A stretch of DNA of 62,597 nucleotides from Polyangia bacterium (GCA_036498765.1 DASYEX010000349.1:1-62597), one strand, 5' to 3'. Positions 1-8,816 are shown, counted from the first letter of the stretch. Made by a program: numbers and translations. Notes: generated by a model not told the origin, from the sequence alone.

Positions 1-182
1 GCGTGTTCACAATCTATCTCCCCGAAAAAGCACGATTATAGCCGGCTTCTGCTCTCTCGCCACAGAGTCGAGGTGCCTCGATCCCGGCGGCAGGTGTCAC
101 CTAATGTATGAAAAGGGCGGCGAGTATCCGCCAAGAATCACCCCTTGTCAGTGCCGCAACTTGACCGTGCTCGTCGAAGCTG

Positions 183-1904
183 GTGGAGTCAAATGAGAAG
201 ATGACCGTTGGTACGCCCTCCGATCACCGCCAGGGCGGGCGGCTCTCCCACTCTCGGATGGACGACACGGTCAAGCGTCTCGGACGCTTTCAGATAATCG
301 GACGCCTCGCGACAGGGGGAATGGCGGAGGTCTATCTGGCGCTGTCGGGCGAGCTTACCGGCTACCGGACGCTGCTGGTCGTCAAACGAATCCTCCCACA
401 CCTGGCCTCCAACCGGCAGTTCATCGGGATGTTCCTCGACGAGGCGCGGCTGGCGGCGCTGCTCGATCACCCCAACGTGGTGCGCATCATCGAGGTCGGC
501 CACGACGGCGAGGAGTACTTCTTGGCGATGGAGCTGGTGCAGGGTAAGCCGCTCTCGGCGGTCCTGCGCAAGGCCGCGCGTGAGAAAAGGCCGCCCAGTC
601 CCGCGCTGTCGGCCTACATCATGGCCCAGGCGGCGAGCGGCCTCGGCTACGCGCACGCGCTCACCGACGGTGAGGGGCGCCCGCTGGGCGTCGTGCACCG
701 CGACGTCTCACCACAAAACGTGCTCATCTCGTTCGAGGGCGCGGTCAAGCTGATCGACTTCGGCGTCGCGCGCGCGTTCGGCCGCGTGGCGCACACCAGC
801 CCGGGCGGCCTCAAGGGGAAGATCGAGTACATGTCCCCCGAGCAGGCCTCCGCCGAGGACGTCGACCACCGCGCCGACGTGTTCGCGCTGGGCGTCGTGC
901 TCTGGGAGGTTTTGACGGGCCGTCGGCTCTTCAGGCGCGAGACGGAGCTCGCGACCATGCGCGCGATCCTCGACGATCCGATCCCGCGCCCGTCGGAGAT
1001 CGCCGACGTGCCGGCCGAGCTGGACGCGGTCGTGATGCGGGCGCTGCGCAAGCGGCGCGACGCCCGCTTCGGCAGCGCGCACGAGATGGCGCAGGCGCTC
1101 GAGCGCTTCGCCTTCAGCAACGAAGGCTTCAGCCCGCTGCAGGTGGCGAGCTACATGAAGGGGCTGTTCGCGGCCGAGTTCCTGCAGTGGCGCAAGACCG
1201 CCACCGCGGCCCTCGACATGGAGGTCGAGCGCGACGAGCGCCACCCGCGCGTCGAGGCGCCCGGGGCCGAGCCGCAGACGCAGGGTCCCACGATGGCGCT
1301 GCGTCCCGGCAGCTTCACCGCCTCGGGCGTCCGGGGCGCCAGCGAGGTGAGGAGCGAGACGAGGAGCCGCACGACGCGGACGCCCCCGCCGGCGACGCTC
1401 CCCTCGTCCCCCTCGACCGTCGAGCAGCCCAGCCGGCGAGATCGCGTCTGGATCTACGGCGGCCTGGCGGCGCTGGTCGGGATGATCTTCTATCTCACCT
1501 GGATGCTGGCCCGGCCGCAGATCGGCGGCGCGCCCCACGACCGCTCGCCGCCGCTGGCAGCGCCCGCGACCTCCAGCGCACCCCTCCGGTCGAGCCGGAC
1601 CGCGATCCGGACGCCGCCACCCGAGCCGGCAGCGCCCGCGACCACCGCGACCAAATCCGCGCCGGCGCCCGCTCCGTCGGCCTCCGCCGCCGCGCCTGCC
1701 GCAGAGCCGGCGCCGAACGGGCCCACCGCCTCGGCACCCGCAGCCGCCAGCCGGCCCGAGCCGAAGGCCTCGCCCCACCCCCGGCCCAAGCGGCGACGGG
1801 GAGCGCGACGCGAGGAGGCAGCGGCGGCGCCCAAGGGCGGCGACGCGAAGACCCCCGCCGCCGCGACCGAGTCGGCCGAGAAGAAGGCCGACCCGTTCGA
1901 GTGA
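183..1904 (+). CDS. Eukaryote-like Ser/Thr protein kinase with TM segment and Pro/Ala-rich C-terminal tail
   Basis: Hanks kinase motifs are present: GRLATGGMAEVYLA (G-loop), LLVVKR, HRDVSPQNVL (catalytic loop), DFGVAR, YMSPEQ. A hydrophobic stretch WIYGGLAALVGMIFYLTWML follows, then a PA-rich tail. GTG start at 183; in-frame ATGs at 192 and 201 are alternatives. Confidence 0.9.
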   Translation: MESNEKMTVGTPSDHRQGGRLSHSRMDDTVKRLGRFQIIGRLATGGMAEVYLALSGELTGYRTLLVVKRILPHLASNRQFIGMFLDEARLAALLDHPNVVRIIEVGHDGEEYFLAMELVQGKPLSAVLRKAAREKRPPSPALSAYIMAQAASGLGYAHALTDGEGRPLGVVHRDVSPQNVLISFEGAVKLIDFGVARAFGRVAHTSPGGLKGKIEYMSPEQASAEDVDHRADVFALGVVLWEVLTGRRLFRRETELATMRAILDDPIPRPSEIADVPAELDAVVMRALRKRRDARFGSAHEMAQALERFAFSNEGFSPLQVASYMKGLFAAEFLQWRKTATAALDMEVERDERHPRVEAPGAEPQTQGPTMALRPGSFTASGVRGASEVRSETRSRTTRTPPPATLPSSPSTVEQPSRRDRVWIYGGLAALVGMIFYLTWMLARPQIGGAPHDRSPPLAAPATSSAPLRSSRTAIRTPPPEPAAPATTATKSAPAPAPSASAAAPAAEPAPNGPTASAPAAASRPEPKASPHPRPKRRRGARREEAAAAPKGGDAKTPAAATESAEKKADPFE

Positions 1905-1963
1905 GCGATTTTCGGCAGTGATTTGACCGGTCGTTTTCCGCCCGTGTAGACTTTACGGAGTCC

Positions 1964-2350
1964 ATGGCGGCAGTTCAGATTCCCGGAATCAAAGACACCG
2001 AGTTCGAAGCGACGGCAGCCGTCGACGGCCAGGCGCTGGTGATGCGCCTCTGGGGGAACGCCGACCTGCGGGTCAACGCCCCGCTCGGCCCATTCCTCGA
2101 CTCCGTCGACGACGAGGCCCGCAAAGGGCACATGGGCGAGGTGGTCGCCGACTTCCGCGAGCTGGTCTTCATGAACTCGTCCTGCCTCAAGGAGTTCGTC
2201 CGCTGGATCGCGCAGGTCGACGAGCGCGCCGACGACCACTACCGCATCCGGTTCCTCAGCGACCCGGGCGCGCAGTGGCAGTCGCGGAGCCTCCAGGCCC
2301 TGCGCGCCTTCGCCCCCAATCTCGTCACGATAGAGATAGCCAAGTCCTAG
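1964..2350 (+). CDS. Small cytoplasmic protein, possibly STAS/anti-sigma-antagonist-like fold
   Basis: 128-aa ORF with balanced composition, 60 nt downstream of the kinase. The pattern LWGNADLR...VVADFRELVFMNSSCLKEFVRW resembles STAS domains. The family call is tentative. Confidence 0.55.
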   Translation: MAAVQIPGIKDTEFEATAAVDGQALVMRLWGNADLRVNAPLGPFLDSVDDEARKGHMGEVVADFRELVFMNSSCLKEFVRWIAQVDERADDHYRIRFLSDPGAQWQSRSLQALRAFAPNLVTIEIAKS

Positions 2351-2386
2351 ATCCGATCGGTTGATCGGCGGCGGGCAGTGGTCCCG

Positions 2387-2403
2387 GGGGCGGGGCCCGC
2401 CCC
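2387..2403. terminator. GC hairpin between convergent genes
   Basis: GGGGCGG..CCGCCCC inverted repeat (6-7 bp stem) lies in the 69-nt gap between the stops at 2350 (+) and 2420 (-). No U-tract. Confidence 0.3.
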
Positions 2404-2419
2404 TCCCGCGCAGCGAGCG

Positions 2420-5400
2420 CTAGTGAGGCTCGGTGCCGTAGATGAGCGAGCCGTTGAGGTAGGCAGTGACCTTTGTCGTCGTCATGTACGACGTGCTGCC
2501 GGTGTACGAGTAGTCGTCCGTCTCTTTGTAGTTGCTGAAGTCGTTCTTGTTGAAGCGAGGCTGGATCTCGTTGGTGTTGGCGCCCGCCGCCAGCGTCCCG
2601 GCGCCCGAGGTGAACCCGACCTGGAAATAGAAGTTGGCGCCGGTCACAGCCGGCGTGACCTGCGCGAACGACATGGTGATGTTCGTGCAGTTGATGGCCG
2701 CGAAGTCGCAGCTCGCGGTCTGCGCGATCGGCGTGGTCGCCACCGTCACGCCGTCGGCCGCCTCCTCGGTGTACCAGTAGCGAAGCGTGATCTGCGAGAG
2801 CGTCGCCGTGTTCGTTCCGGTGTTGAAAACCTTGAAGTGCGGCGCGACGGCAGGATCGGTGGCGTTCGTGTCACGCTCCGCGACTTGAATGCTCAGAGTC
2901 ACCGGCGGGACGCAGGCGCCGCCGGCGCAGATGTCGGGCGAGACGCAGTCGGCGGTCGTCGTGCACGTCGTCTTGCAGGCGTTCGTGCCGCAGACGTACG
3001 GGTTGCACATCGAGGTCGCGGGCTTGACGCAGGCGTTGCTCGTATTGCACGTCGAGGCCGGCTGCAGCGTGCTGGTGGTGCAGGTCGCGCCGGCACATTG
3101 CGTCCCCGACGGGTACTTCTGGCAGGCGCCGCTCCCGTTGCAGAGGCCGTTGGTCCCGCAGGTCGACGAGCCTTGATCCGAGCACTGGGTGGGTGGGTTG
3201 GGCGCCTGCCCGCCCGTGATCGAGGTGCAGGTCCCATTGGTGCCTGACAGGGCGCACGAGCTGCAGGTCCCCGCGCAGGCGTTGTTGCAGCAGACGCCCT
3301 GCGCGCAGAACCCGGAGTTGCACATCGCTGCCGCCGTGCAAGGCGAGCCGATCGCCAGCTTGCCGCAGGTCCCTATCGTTTGGCCCGAGGGGATGGTGCA
3401 GGAGGCCGGCGAGGTGCAGTCGCCGGCCACCTGGCAGCTCGCCTTGCAGGCGGCGTTGGTCCCGCAGGCGTAGGGATCGCAGAGCGTCGACGTGACGGTC
3501 TTGCATGAACCCGCGCCGTCACAGAAGCGCGACGGGGTGAGCGTATCGCCGACGCAGGTGCCGGACGCGCACTGCGTTCCGGTGCCGTAGAGCTGGCACT
3601 TGCCGGTTCCATCGCAGTGGCCGTTCGTCCCGCAGCTGGTCCCGCCGGCGTCGGTGCACTGGGTGGCGGGCATCGGCGCGGTGTTGGCCGGAACCGGCGA
3701 GCAGGTTCCGGCGGTACCCGAGACCGCGCAGGACATGCAGGCCCCCGTGCACGCGCTCTTGCAGCAAGCGCCCTGTTGGCAGAAGCCGGAGGCGCACTCG
3801 GAGGCCGAAGAGCAGGAGGTCCCGGGCGTCTTCAAGGTGCAAACGCCGGTGCTGCAGATGTAGGGCGAGACGCAGTCCGCGCTGGTCGAGCAGGACGTCT
3901 TGCAAGCGGTCGCGCTGCCGCAGATGAGGCTCCCCGAACAGGCTGCCGCGGTGACGGCCTGGCAGGTCCCGCTTCCGTTGCAGGTCTGCGCGGGCGTCAG
4001 CGTCGAGACGCTGCACATGGAAGCGGCGCATTGCGTGCCGGTCGGGTACTTGCGGCAAGCACCGGCGCCGTTGCAGGTCCCGTCGAGCCCGCAGGTGGAG
4101 GCGCTGCTCAGGGCGCATTGGGTGGTCGGGTTGGGCGCCTGACCGTTGGGGACCGGCGTGCAGGTCCCCGGGGTCCCGGTGACCGCGCACGACAGACAGG
4201 TCCCCGTGCAGGCCGTGTTGCAGCAGACACCCTGCGCGCAGAAGCCCGACTGGCAGGCGGTGCCCGCGCTGCACGGTGAGCCGGGCGGCAGCTTGCCGCA
4301 GCTGCCGCCGGTGCAGGAGTTGGGCGAGACGCAGTCCGCGTTCGTCGTGCAGGTGGTCTTGCAGACACCGGTGCCGCACTCGAAGGGGTCGCACATCTGC
4401 GTCGTCGCCGTCCGGCAACTGCCCTTGCCGTCGCAGGTCTGCCCGAGGGTGAGCGTCGAGGCGGTGCAGGAGGCGGCGTTCCCGCACGCCCCTCCCGCCG
4501 GATAGAACTGACAGGCGCCCGCCCCATCGCAAGAGCCGTTGGTGCCGCAGACGTTGGTGGCCTTCTGGTCGGCGCACTGGTTCAGGGGATCGGTCCCCGC
4601 CGGGATGACCGAGCAGGTCCCGTTCGAACCGGCCAGGTTGCACGCCATGCAGGTGCCGCTGCAGGCGTTGTTGCAGCAGACGCCCTGCGCGCAGTGCGAG
4701 GAGGTGCAATCGGAGTCAGCCGCGCAGGTGGCGCCGGGCGACTTCTTGCCGCAGGTACCGCCCAGGCAGAAGTAGCCGGTCGCGCAGTCGGTGTCGAGAG
4801 TGCACGACGACTTGCAGACGCCGGCCGTGGCGTCGCAGACGTAGGCGTTGCAGGTCGACGTCGCCCCCGCCTGGCAGGTTCCCGCGCCGTCGCACTTGCC
4901 GGCCGCCGTCGCCGTGCCGGCCGTGCAGCCGTTCGTGCCGCACACCGTCCCCGAGGCGTAGAGCTGACAGGCGCCGTTTCCATCGCAGGAGCCGTTCGTC
5001 TTGCAGCTCGGCGCCAGCTGGTCGGCGCACTGGGCGAGGGGATCCTGCCCGGCCGGGACGCTGATGCAGGTGCCGGCGCTCCCCGTGATCGCGCACGACT
5101 TGCAGGTACCGGTGCAGGTCGTGGCACAGCAGACACCCTGCGCGCAGTGGAGCGACTTGCAGTCGGTGTCGACGCCGCAGCTGGCGCCCGGGGGCTTGGG
5201 GCCGCAGCTGCCGGCGGTGCAGAAGTTGCCGGTGCCCGTGCAGTCGGCGTCCGAGGAGCAGATCGTCTTGCAGGACCCGGTCGCGCCGCAGAGGTAGGGC
5301 GCGCAGGGCTGGCTGGTGGGCGCGTTGCAGGTGCCGTTGCCGTCGCAGCGGCCGGCGAACGTGAGCGTCGACCCGGTGCAGCCGGACACCCCACAAGCGA

Positions 5401-5902
5401 CGCCGGCGACGTAGAGCTGGCAGGCGCCGGTTCCGTCGCAGCTTCCGTTCTTGCCGCAGGTCGCTGCCCCTTCGTCCTTGCAGTCGTCACGCGGATCGGT
5501 GTTCACGTCGGCGGGGAGGCAGGTTCCGACGTTGCCGGTGGACGAGCACGTGACGCAGACCCCGTCGCAGGCCGTCTTGCAGCAAACGCCGTCGGCGCAG
5601 AAAGTCGAGTCGCAGTCCGCGCCCGCCTGGCACGGCTGTCCGATCGCCGCCAGCATCTTGGTCGGGTGGTCGGTCCCCGCGTCCGTCCCGACCTGGCCGC
5701 CGCTGGCGGCCGTGGTCCCGCCGCTCCCGATCGCGCCACCGATTCCGGTCTTCCCACCGCTGGCCGTGGCGCCGCCGCTGGCCCCGCGCCCGCCGATGCC
5801 GCTCCCGACCTGGCCGCCGTTGCTGCACCCGAGCCCCGACAGGATCAGTGCCGAGACGACGATGAGCGCGCGCACCCTAGGCTGGGGGAAACCTATGGTC
5901 AT
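2420..5902 (-). CDS. Giant Cys-rich repeat lipoprotein with Gly-rich linker and C-terminal CBM3 carbohydrate-binding module
   Basis: Signal peptide ends in GLGC and is followed by a GG-rich linker. Six ~151-aa modules each carry ~24 Cys (core DCxSxxCAxGVCCxxxCxGxCxxC). The C-terminal ~170 aa matches CBM3 strings: PHFKVFNTGTNTATLSQITLRYWYT, IQPRFNKNDFSNYKETDDYSY, VTAYLNGSLIYGTEP (compare the CipA CBM3a strings PQFKVTNTGSSAIDLSKLTLRYYYT, GRFAKNDWSNYTQSNDYSF, VTAYLNGVLVWGKEP). Confidence 0.9.
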   Translation of the reverse strand: MTIGFPQPRVRALIVVSALILSGLGCSNGGQVGSGIGGRGASGGATASGGKTGIGGAIGSGGTTAASGGQVGTDAGTDHPTKMLAAIGQPCQAGADCDSTFCADGVCCKTACDGVCVTCSSTGNVGTCLPADVNTDPRDDCKDEGAATCGKNGSCDGTGACQLYVAGVACGVSGCTGSTLTFAGRCDGNGTCNAPTSQPCAPYLCGATGSCKTICSSDADCTGTGNFCTAGSCGPKPPGASCGVDTDCKSLHCAQGVCCATTCTGTCKSCAITGSAGTCISVPAGQDPLAQCADQLAPSCKTNGSCDGNGACQLYASGTVCGTNGCTAGTATAAGKCDGAGTCQAGATSTCNAYVCDATAGVCKSSCTLDTDCATGYFCLGGTCGKKSPGATCAADSDCTSSHCAQGVCCNNACSGTCMACNLAGSNGTCSVIPAGTDPLNQCADQKATNVCGTNGSCDGAGACQFYPAGGACGNAASCTASTLTLGQTCDGKGSCRTATTQMCDPFECGTGVCKTTCTTNADCVSPNSCTGGSCGKLPPGSPCSAGTACQSGFCAQGVCCNTACTGTCLSCAVTGTPGTCTPVPNGQAPNPTTQCALSSASTCGLDGTCNGAGACRKYPTGTQCAASMCSVSTLTPAQTCNGSGTCQAVTAAACSGSLICGSATACKTSCSTSADCVSPYICSTGVCTLKTPGTSCSSASECASGFCQQGACCKSACTGACMSCAVSGTAGTCSPVPANTAPMPATQCTDAGGTSCGTNGHCDGTGKCQLYGTGTQCASGTCVGDTLTPSRFCDGAGSCKTVTSTLCDPYACGTNAACKASCQVAGDCTSPASCTIPSGQTIGTCGKLAIGSPCTAAAMCNSGFCAQGVCCNNACAGTCSSCALSGTNGTCTSITGGQAPNPPTQCSDQGSSTCGTNGLCNGSGACQKYPSGTQCAGATCTTSTLQPASTCNTSNACVKPATSMCNPYVCGTNACKTTCTTTADCVSPDICAGGACVPPVTLSIQVAERDTNATDPAVAPHFKVFNTGTNTATLSQITLRYWYTEEAADGVTVATTPIAQTASCDFAAINCTNITMSFAQVTPAVTGANFYFQVGFTSGAGTLAAGANTNEIQPRFNKNDFSNYKETDDYSYTGSTSYMTTTKVTAYLNGSLIYGTEPH
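2950..5632 (-). repeat. Six tandem ~450-bp coding repeats (Cys-rich modules) inside CDS 2420..5902
   Basis: The motif C-x6-C-x4-C-x4-CC-x3-C-x3-C-x2-C recurs at protein positions ~91 and ~242, then about every 150 aa. Bounds are approximate. Confidence 0.8.
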
Positions 5903-6068
5903 TGGGCGACCTTTCTTACCTAAGGAGACGAGAAGAAGGAACCTTTAGGAGTCGGTGTCTGGAAAGGGGCGAGTTCGTCACCCTGTTCCAGAAATCATCT
6001 TACGCGCGCCTGCAGATCGAATCTACGATCACCTTTAAAAGCGCCGCGCGGGGCATTACGCTGGCGAG

Positions 6069-6572
6069 ATGAAGATCGCGCGTGGCCGCAGCGTTGAGCT
6101 CGAGTACGAGCTCAAAGTCAAAGGCGGGGCGGTGATCGAGTCCTCGACTCGTTCGGGCCCTCTCCGCTACGTGCACGGGGACGGCAAGATGCTGCCGGGG
6201 CTGGAGAAGCGACTCGAGGGGCTGGAGCCGGGTGACGAGCGGAAGGGAGAGATCCCGGCCGCCGAGGCGTTCGGCACCGAGGCGTCGCTCCCGGTCAAGG
6301 AAATGGCGCGCAGCGTCTTCCCCGCGGGCACGAAGCTCGAGCCGGGCGCGGTCTTCGAGGCCAAGGATCCTACTTCCGGGGCGCCGATCCAATTCAAGGT
6401 CATCTCGGCCAACGACGAGGTGGCCAACGTCCGCCTCATGCACCCGCTGGTCGGCCGCGACATCGAATACCGCGTCACCGTCCTGGCCGTCCGCGACGCG
6501 GCGGCGACCGGTCGACCGCCGCCGGTCCCGGGTGTCGTCGAGCTGGATCCCGACGAGCTTGCCGAGAGCTGA
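6069..6572 (+). CDS. FKBP-type peptidyl-prolyl cis-trans isomerase (SlyD/FkpB-like)
   Basis: VELEYELKVKGGAVIESS...LRYVHGDGKMLPGLEKRLEGLEPGD...HPLVGRDIEYRVTVLAVRDA is typical of short FKBP-type PPIases. Confidence 0.85.
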   Translation: MKIARGRSVELEYELKVKGGAVIESSTRSGPLRYVHGDGKMLPGLEKRLEGLEPGDERKGEIPAAEAFGTEASLPVKEMARSVFPAGTKLEPGAVFEAKDPTSGAPIQFKVISANDEVANVRLMHPLVGRDIEYRVTVLAVRDAAATGRPPPVPGVVELDPDELAES

Positions 6573-6588
6573 CCGGACCCGCGTAGCG

Positions 6589-6617
6589 TGGCAGGTGCGG
6601 TCGAAACGCACCTGCCA
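6589..6617 (+). terminator. Perfect 11-bp stem hairpin after the PPIase gene
   Basis: TGGCAGGTGCG-gtcgaaa-CGCACCTGCCA lies 17 nt after the stop at 6572. No U-tract, which is common in high-GC genomes. Confidence 0.5.
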
Positions 6618-6746
6618 AACCTTCCCAGGGCCGGCTGAGATCCCCCCCTCCCCCCTGTCGCCGGGCGGGACCGTGCGCAACTTTGTCCTTAGAACACGTT
6701 CGGACAGAGCGACGCGGGCGAGGTTCCGCGGGGAAGGAAACCAATC

Positions 6747-7052
6747 ATGGCGAGCAGCAGCGAAAAGGGCGAGAGCCGCGGACGCGGCTTCGCGGGGATG
6801 GACAGGGAGCGCCAGCGCCAGATCTCCTCGCAGGGGGGAAAGGCGGCTCACCAGAAGGGGACCGCGCACGAATTCGATTCGGAGGAGGCCCGTGAAGCGG
6901 GCCGCAAGGGCGGCATGGTGAGCGGCGGGCGAAGGCGCGCACGCGATCAGGCGGGCAACACCCCCGCCCCCGAAACGAGGGAGCGGGAGAGCGACGAGTC
7001 GATGACGGGCATGGGCGAGGGCTCGGGCGCGCCGGCCGGCCACGGCGCCTGA
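6747..7052 (+). CDS. KGG-repeat general stress protein (YciG/Con-10-like)
   Basis: Repeated QGGKAAH / AGRKGGMVSGG motifs in a small, highly charged 101-aa protein. Confidence 0.8.
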   Translation: MASSSEKGESRGRGFAGMDRERQRQISSQGGKAAHQKGTAHEFDSEEAREAGRKGGMVSGGRRRARDQAGNTPAPETRERESDESMTGMGEGSGAPAGHGA

Positions 7053-7080
7053 GTCCGCCGACGCTGGTACACTGACCGGG

Positions 7081-7755
7081 GTGGACGCGAACGATCGGCC
7101 CAGGCCGACCCCGGTGTCGGAGCCCGCGCTCGCGGAGGACGACGCCGGGCCGAACGGCCTGGTGGCGCTCGGCGGGCGGCTCGACATCGAGACGCTGGTG
7201 ACAGCGTACCGCGCCGGCATCTTCCCCTGGTCGTCCGATCCGGTACTGACCTGGTGGTCGCCCGATCCGCGCGCCATCTTCGACCTCGCCACCTGGCGCC
7301 CGCACCGCAGCGTGGGGAAGAGCGCGCGGCGGGGCGGGTGGCGCTTCACCGTCGACGCCGCGTTCGCCGAGGTGATGCGCGCCTGCGCCGAGACGGCCGC
7401 CGACCGCCCCTCGACCTGGATCACCGACGATTTCGTGCGCGCGTACGGCGAGCTCCACGGCCGGGGTCAGGCCCACAGCGTCGAGGTCTGGGAAGGAGAG
7501 GCCCTCGTCGGGGGCCTCTACGGCGTGGCGCTGGGCGGGTTCTTCGGCGGTGAGTCGATGTTCCATCGCCGCACCGACGCCTCGAAGGCCGCCGTCGGCC
7601 ACCTCGTCGACAGGCTGCGCGCGGGTGGTTTCTCGCTGCTCGACGCGCAGGTCCCGACGCCCCACCTGGGACGACTGGGCGCGGTCGCCATTTCCCGCGC
7701 CGACTACCTGGCGCGGCTCAAACGCGCCCTCCGCCAGCGCGCGGAACTCAAATAG
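7081..7755 (+). CDS. aat: Leucyl/phenylalanyl-tRNA--protein transferase
   Basis: GIFPWSSD, WWSPDPRAIF, WITDDFVRAYGELHGRGQAHSVEVW, GGLYGVALGGFFGGESMFH, LLDAQVPTPHLGRLGA. GTG start; the true start may lie slightly downstream. Confidence 0.9.
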   Translation: MDANDRPRPTPVSEPALAEDDAGPNGLVALGGRLDIETLVTAYRAGIFPWSSDPVLTWWSPDPRAIFDLATWRPHRSVGKSARRGGWRFTVDAAFAEVMRACAETAADRPSTWITDDFVRAYGELHGRGQAHSVEVWEGEALVGGLYGVALGGFFGGESMFHRRTDASKAAVGHLVDRLRAGGFSLLDAQVPTPHLGRLGAVAISRADYLARLKRALRQRAELK

Positions 7756-7810
7756 CGGATCGCGTGAGCGTAGCCGGGCTTCGCCCGGCGGAGCTCGTCG
7801 CGGGGGGGCA

Positions 7811-7833
7811 CGGGGACCCTTTGAGGGTCCCCG
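7811..7833. terminator. Hairpin CGGGGACCC-tttga-GGGTCCCCG at a convergent gene junction
   Basis: 9-10 bp stem directly abutting the stop (7834-7836) of the minus-strand GGDEF gene and 55 nt after the aat stop. The same GGGACCC/GGGTCCC core recurs at 18764..18784. Confidence 0.5.
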
Positions 7834-8742
7834 TCAATGACAGACGCGGTTGCGGCCGCCGCGCTTGGCGGCGTACATCGCCTCGTCGGCGCGGGCCACC
7901 AGGTCGCCCGAAGACGACATCCCTGCCGCCGGCGCGCGCGCGACACCGACGCTGATCGTCACCGGGATCGAGGTCTCCTGGAACCTGAAAGGGTGTCCCT
8001 CGATGGCGGCGCGCAGGCGCTCGGACAGCGCGACCGCCGCCTCGAGGTCTACGCCACGCGCGACGATGGCGAACTCCTCACCGCCATAACGGGCGAACGT
8101 CTCCTCCTCGCCGAGCATGCTCATCACCAGCGTCGACAGCTGCGCCAGCACCAGGTCGCCCGCCTGGTGGCCGTGGACGTCGTTGATCTTCTTGAAGTGG
8201 TCGATGTCGAGGAAGATGAGCGACAGCGGCGTCGTGTGGCGGGCGGCGTACTGGAACTCGCTCTCGATCCGATCGGAGAAGTAGCGCTTGTTGTAGGCGC
8301 GCGTCAGGCCGTCGCGCAGCGCCGACTCGGACATCTGGCGCTGGAACATCTCGTCGAGCTTGTCCTGGTTGCTGAACTTGAGGATGGTCGTCGAGCCGAT
8401 GAGGATCTTGTCCCCTTCGACGAGCGGGTGCCGCGCGACCCGCTGCCCGTTGCAGTAGGTGCCGTTGGTCGACCCGAGATCTTCCAGCACCACCCGCCCG
8501 TCGGCCTTGCTGAGGCGGGCGTGCTCGCGGGAGATCCCCTCGTCGACCAGGCGCAGATCGACCTTGTCCCCGCGGCCGATGACCATCTGGTCCTTCTCCA
8601 GGCGATACATTTCGCCGACGTTCGAGCCGGAGAGGACGACCAGGGTGGGCACGGCCGCCTGGACGCCATCCGCGGCGGCCGGCTGGGCTGGCGCCATCCG
8701 CGTCGTGTCGTCGAGCGGATTGGCGACGCGGTCGCGCGTCAT
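7834..8742 (-). CDS. FHA domain - GGDEF diguanylate cyclase
   Basis: FHA: MVIGRGDKVDLRLVDEGISREHARL...GSTNGTYCNGQRV. GGDEF: DGLTRAYNKRYF, FLDIDHFKKINDVHGHQAGD, RYGGEEFAIV. Confidence 0.9.
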   Translation of the reverse strand: MTRDRVANPLDDTTRMAPAQPAAADGVQAAVPTLVVLSGSNVGEMYRLEKDQMVIGRGDKVDLRLVDEGISREHARLSKADGRVVLEDLGSTNGTYCNGQRVARHPLVEGDKILIGSTTILKFSNQDKLDEMFQRQMSESALRDGLTRAYNKRYFSDRIESEFQYAARHTTPLSLIFLDIDHFKKINDVHGHQAGDLVLAQLSTLVMSMLGEEETFARYGGEEFAIVARGVDLEAAVALSERLRAAIEGHPFRFQETSIPVTISVGVARAPAAGMSSSGDLVARADEAMYAAKRGGRNRVCH

Positions 8743-8816
8743 TCTGATAGTTTACCGACGGGGACGGGCGTTAGGCAAACTCCCCGTGGTGCCCACGTTC
8801 GGGTGCGGGAGGCACG

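Noticed and set aside
5960-5992. Imperfect inverted repeat CTGGAAAGGG-N12-CCCTGTTCCAG in the divergent region between the Cys-rich lipoprotein and the PPIase gene. Likewise the small palindrome GTGCA-AC-TGCAC at 50021..50032 upstream of pitA.
   Set aside because: The arms are short or imperfect, neither recurs elsewhere in the window, and no regulator can be assigned. Evidence is insufficient for an operator or RNA-element call.
6000-7424. 474-aa minus-strand ORF spanning the PPIase, KGG-protein and aat genes.
   Set aside because: It is antisense to three plus-strand genes with unambiguous motifs. Its translation is low-complexity (Arg/Ala/Ser-rich) and motif-free.
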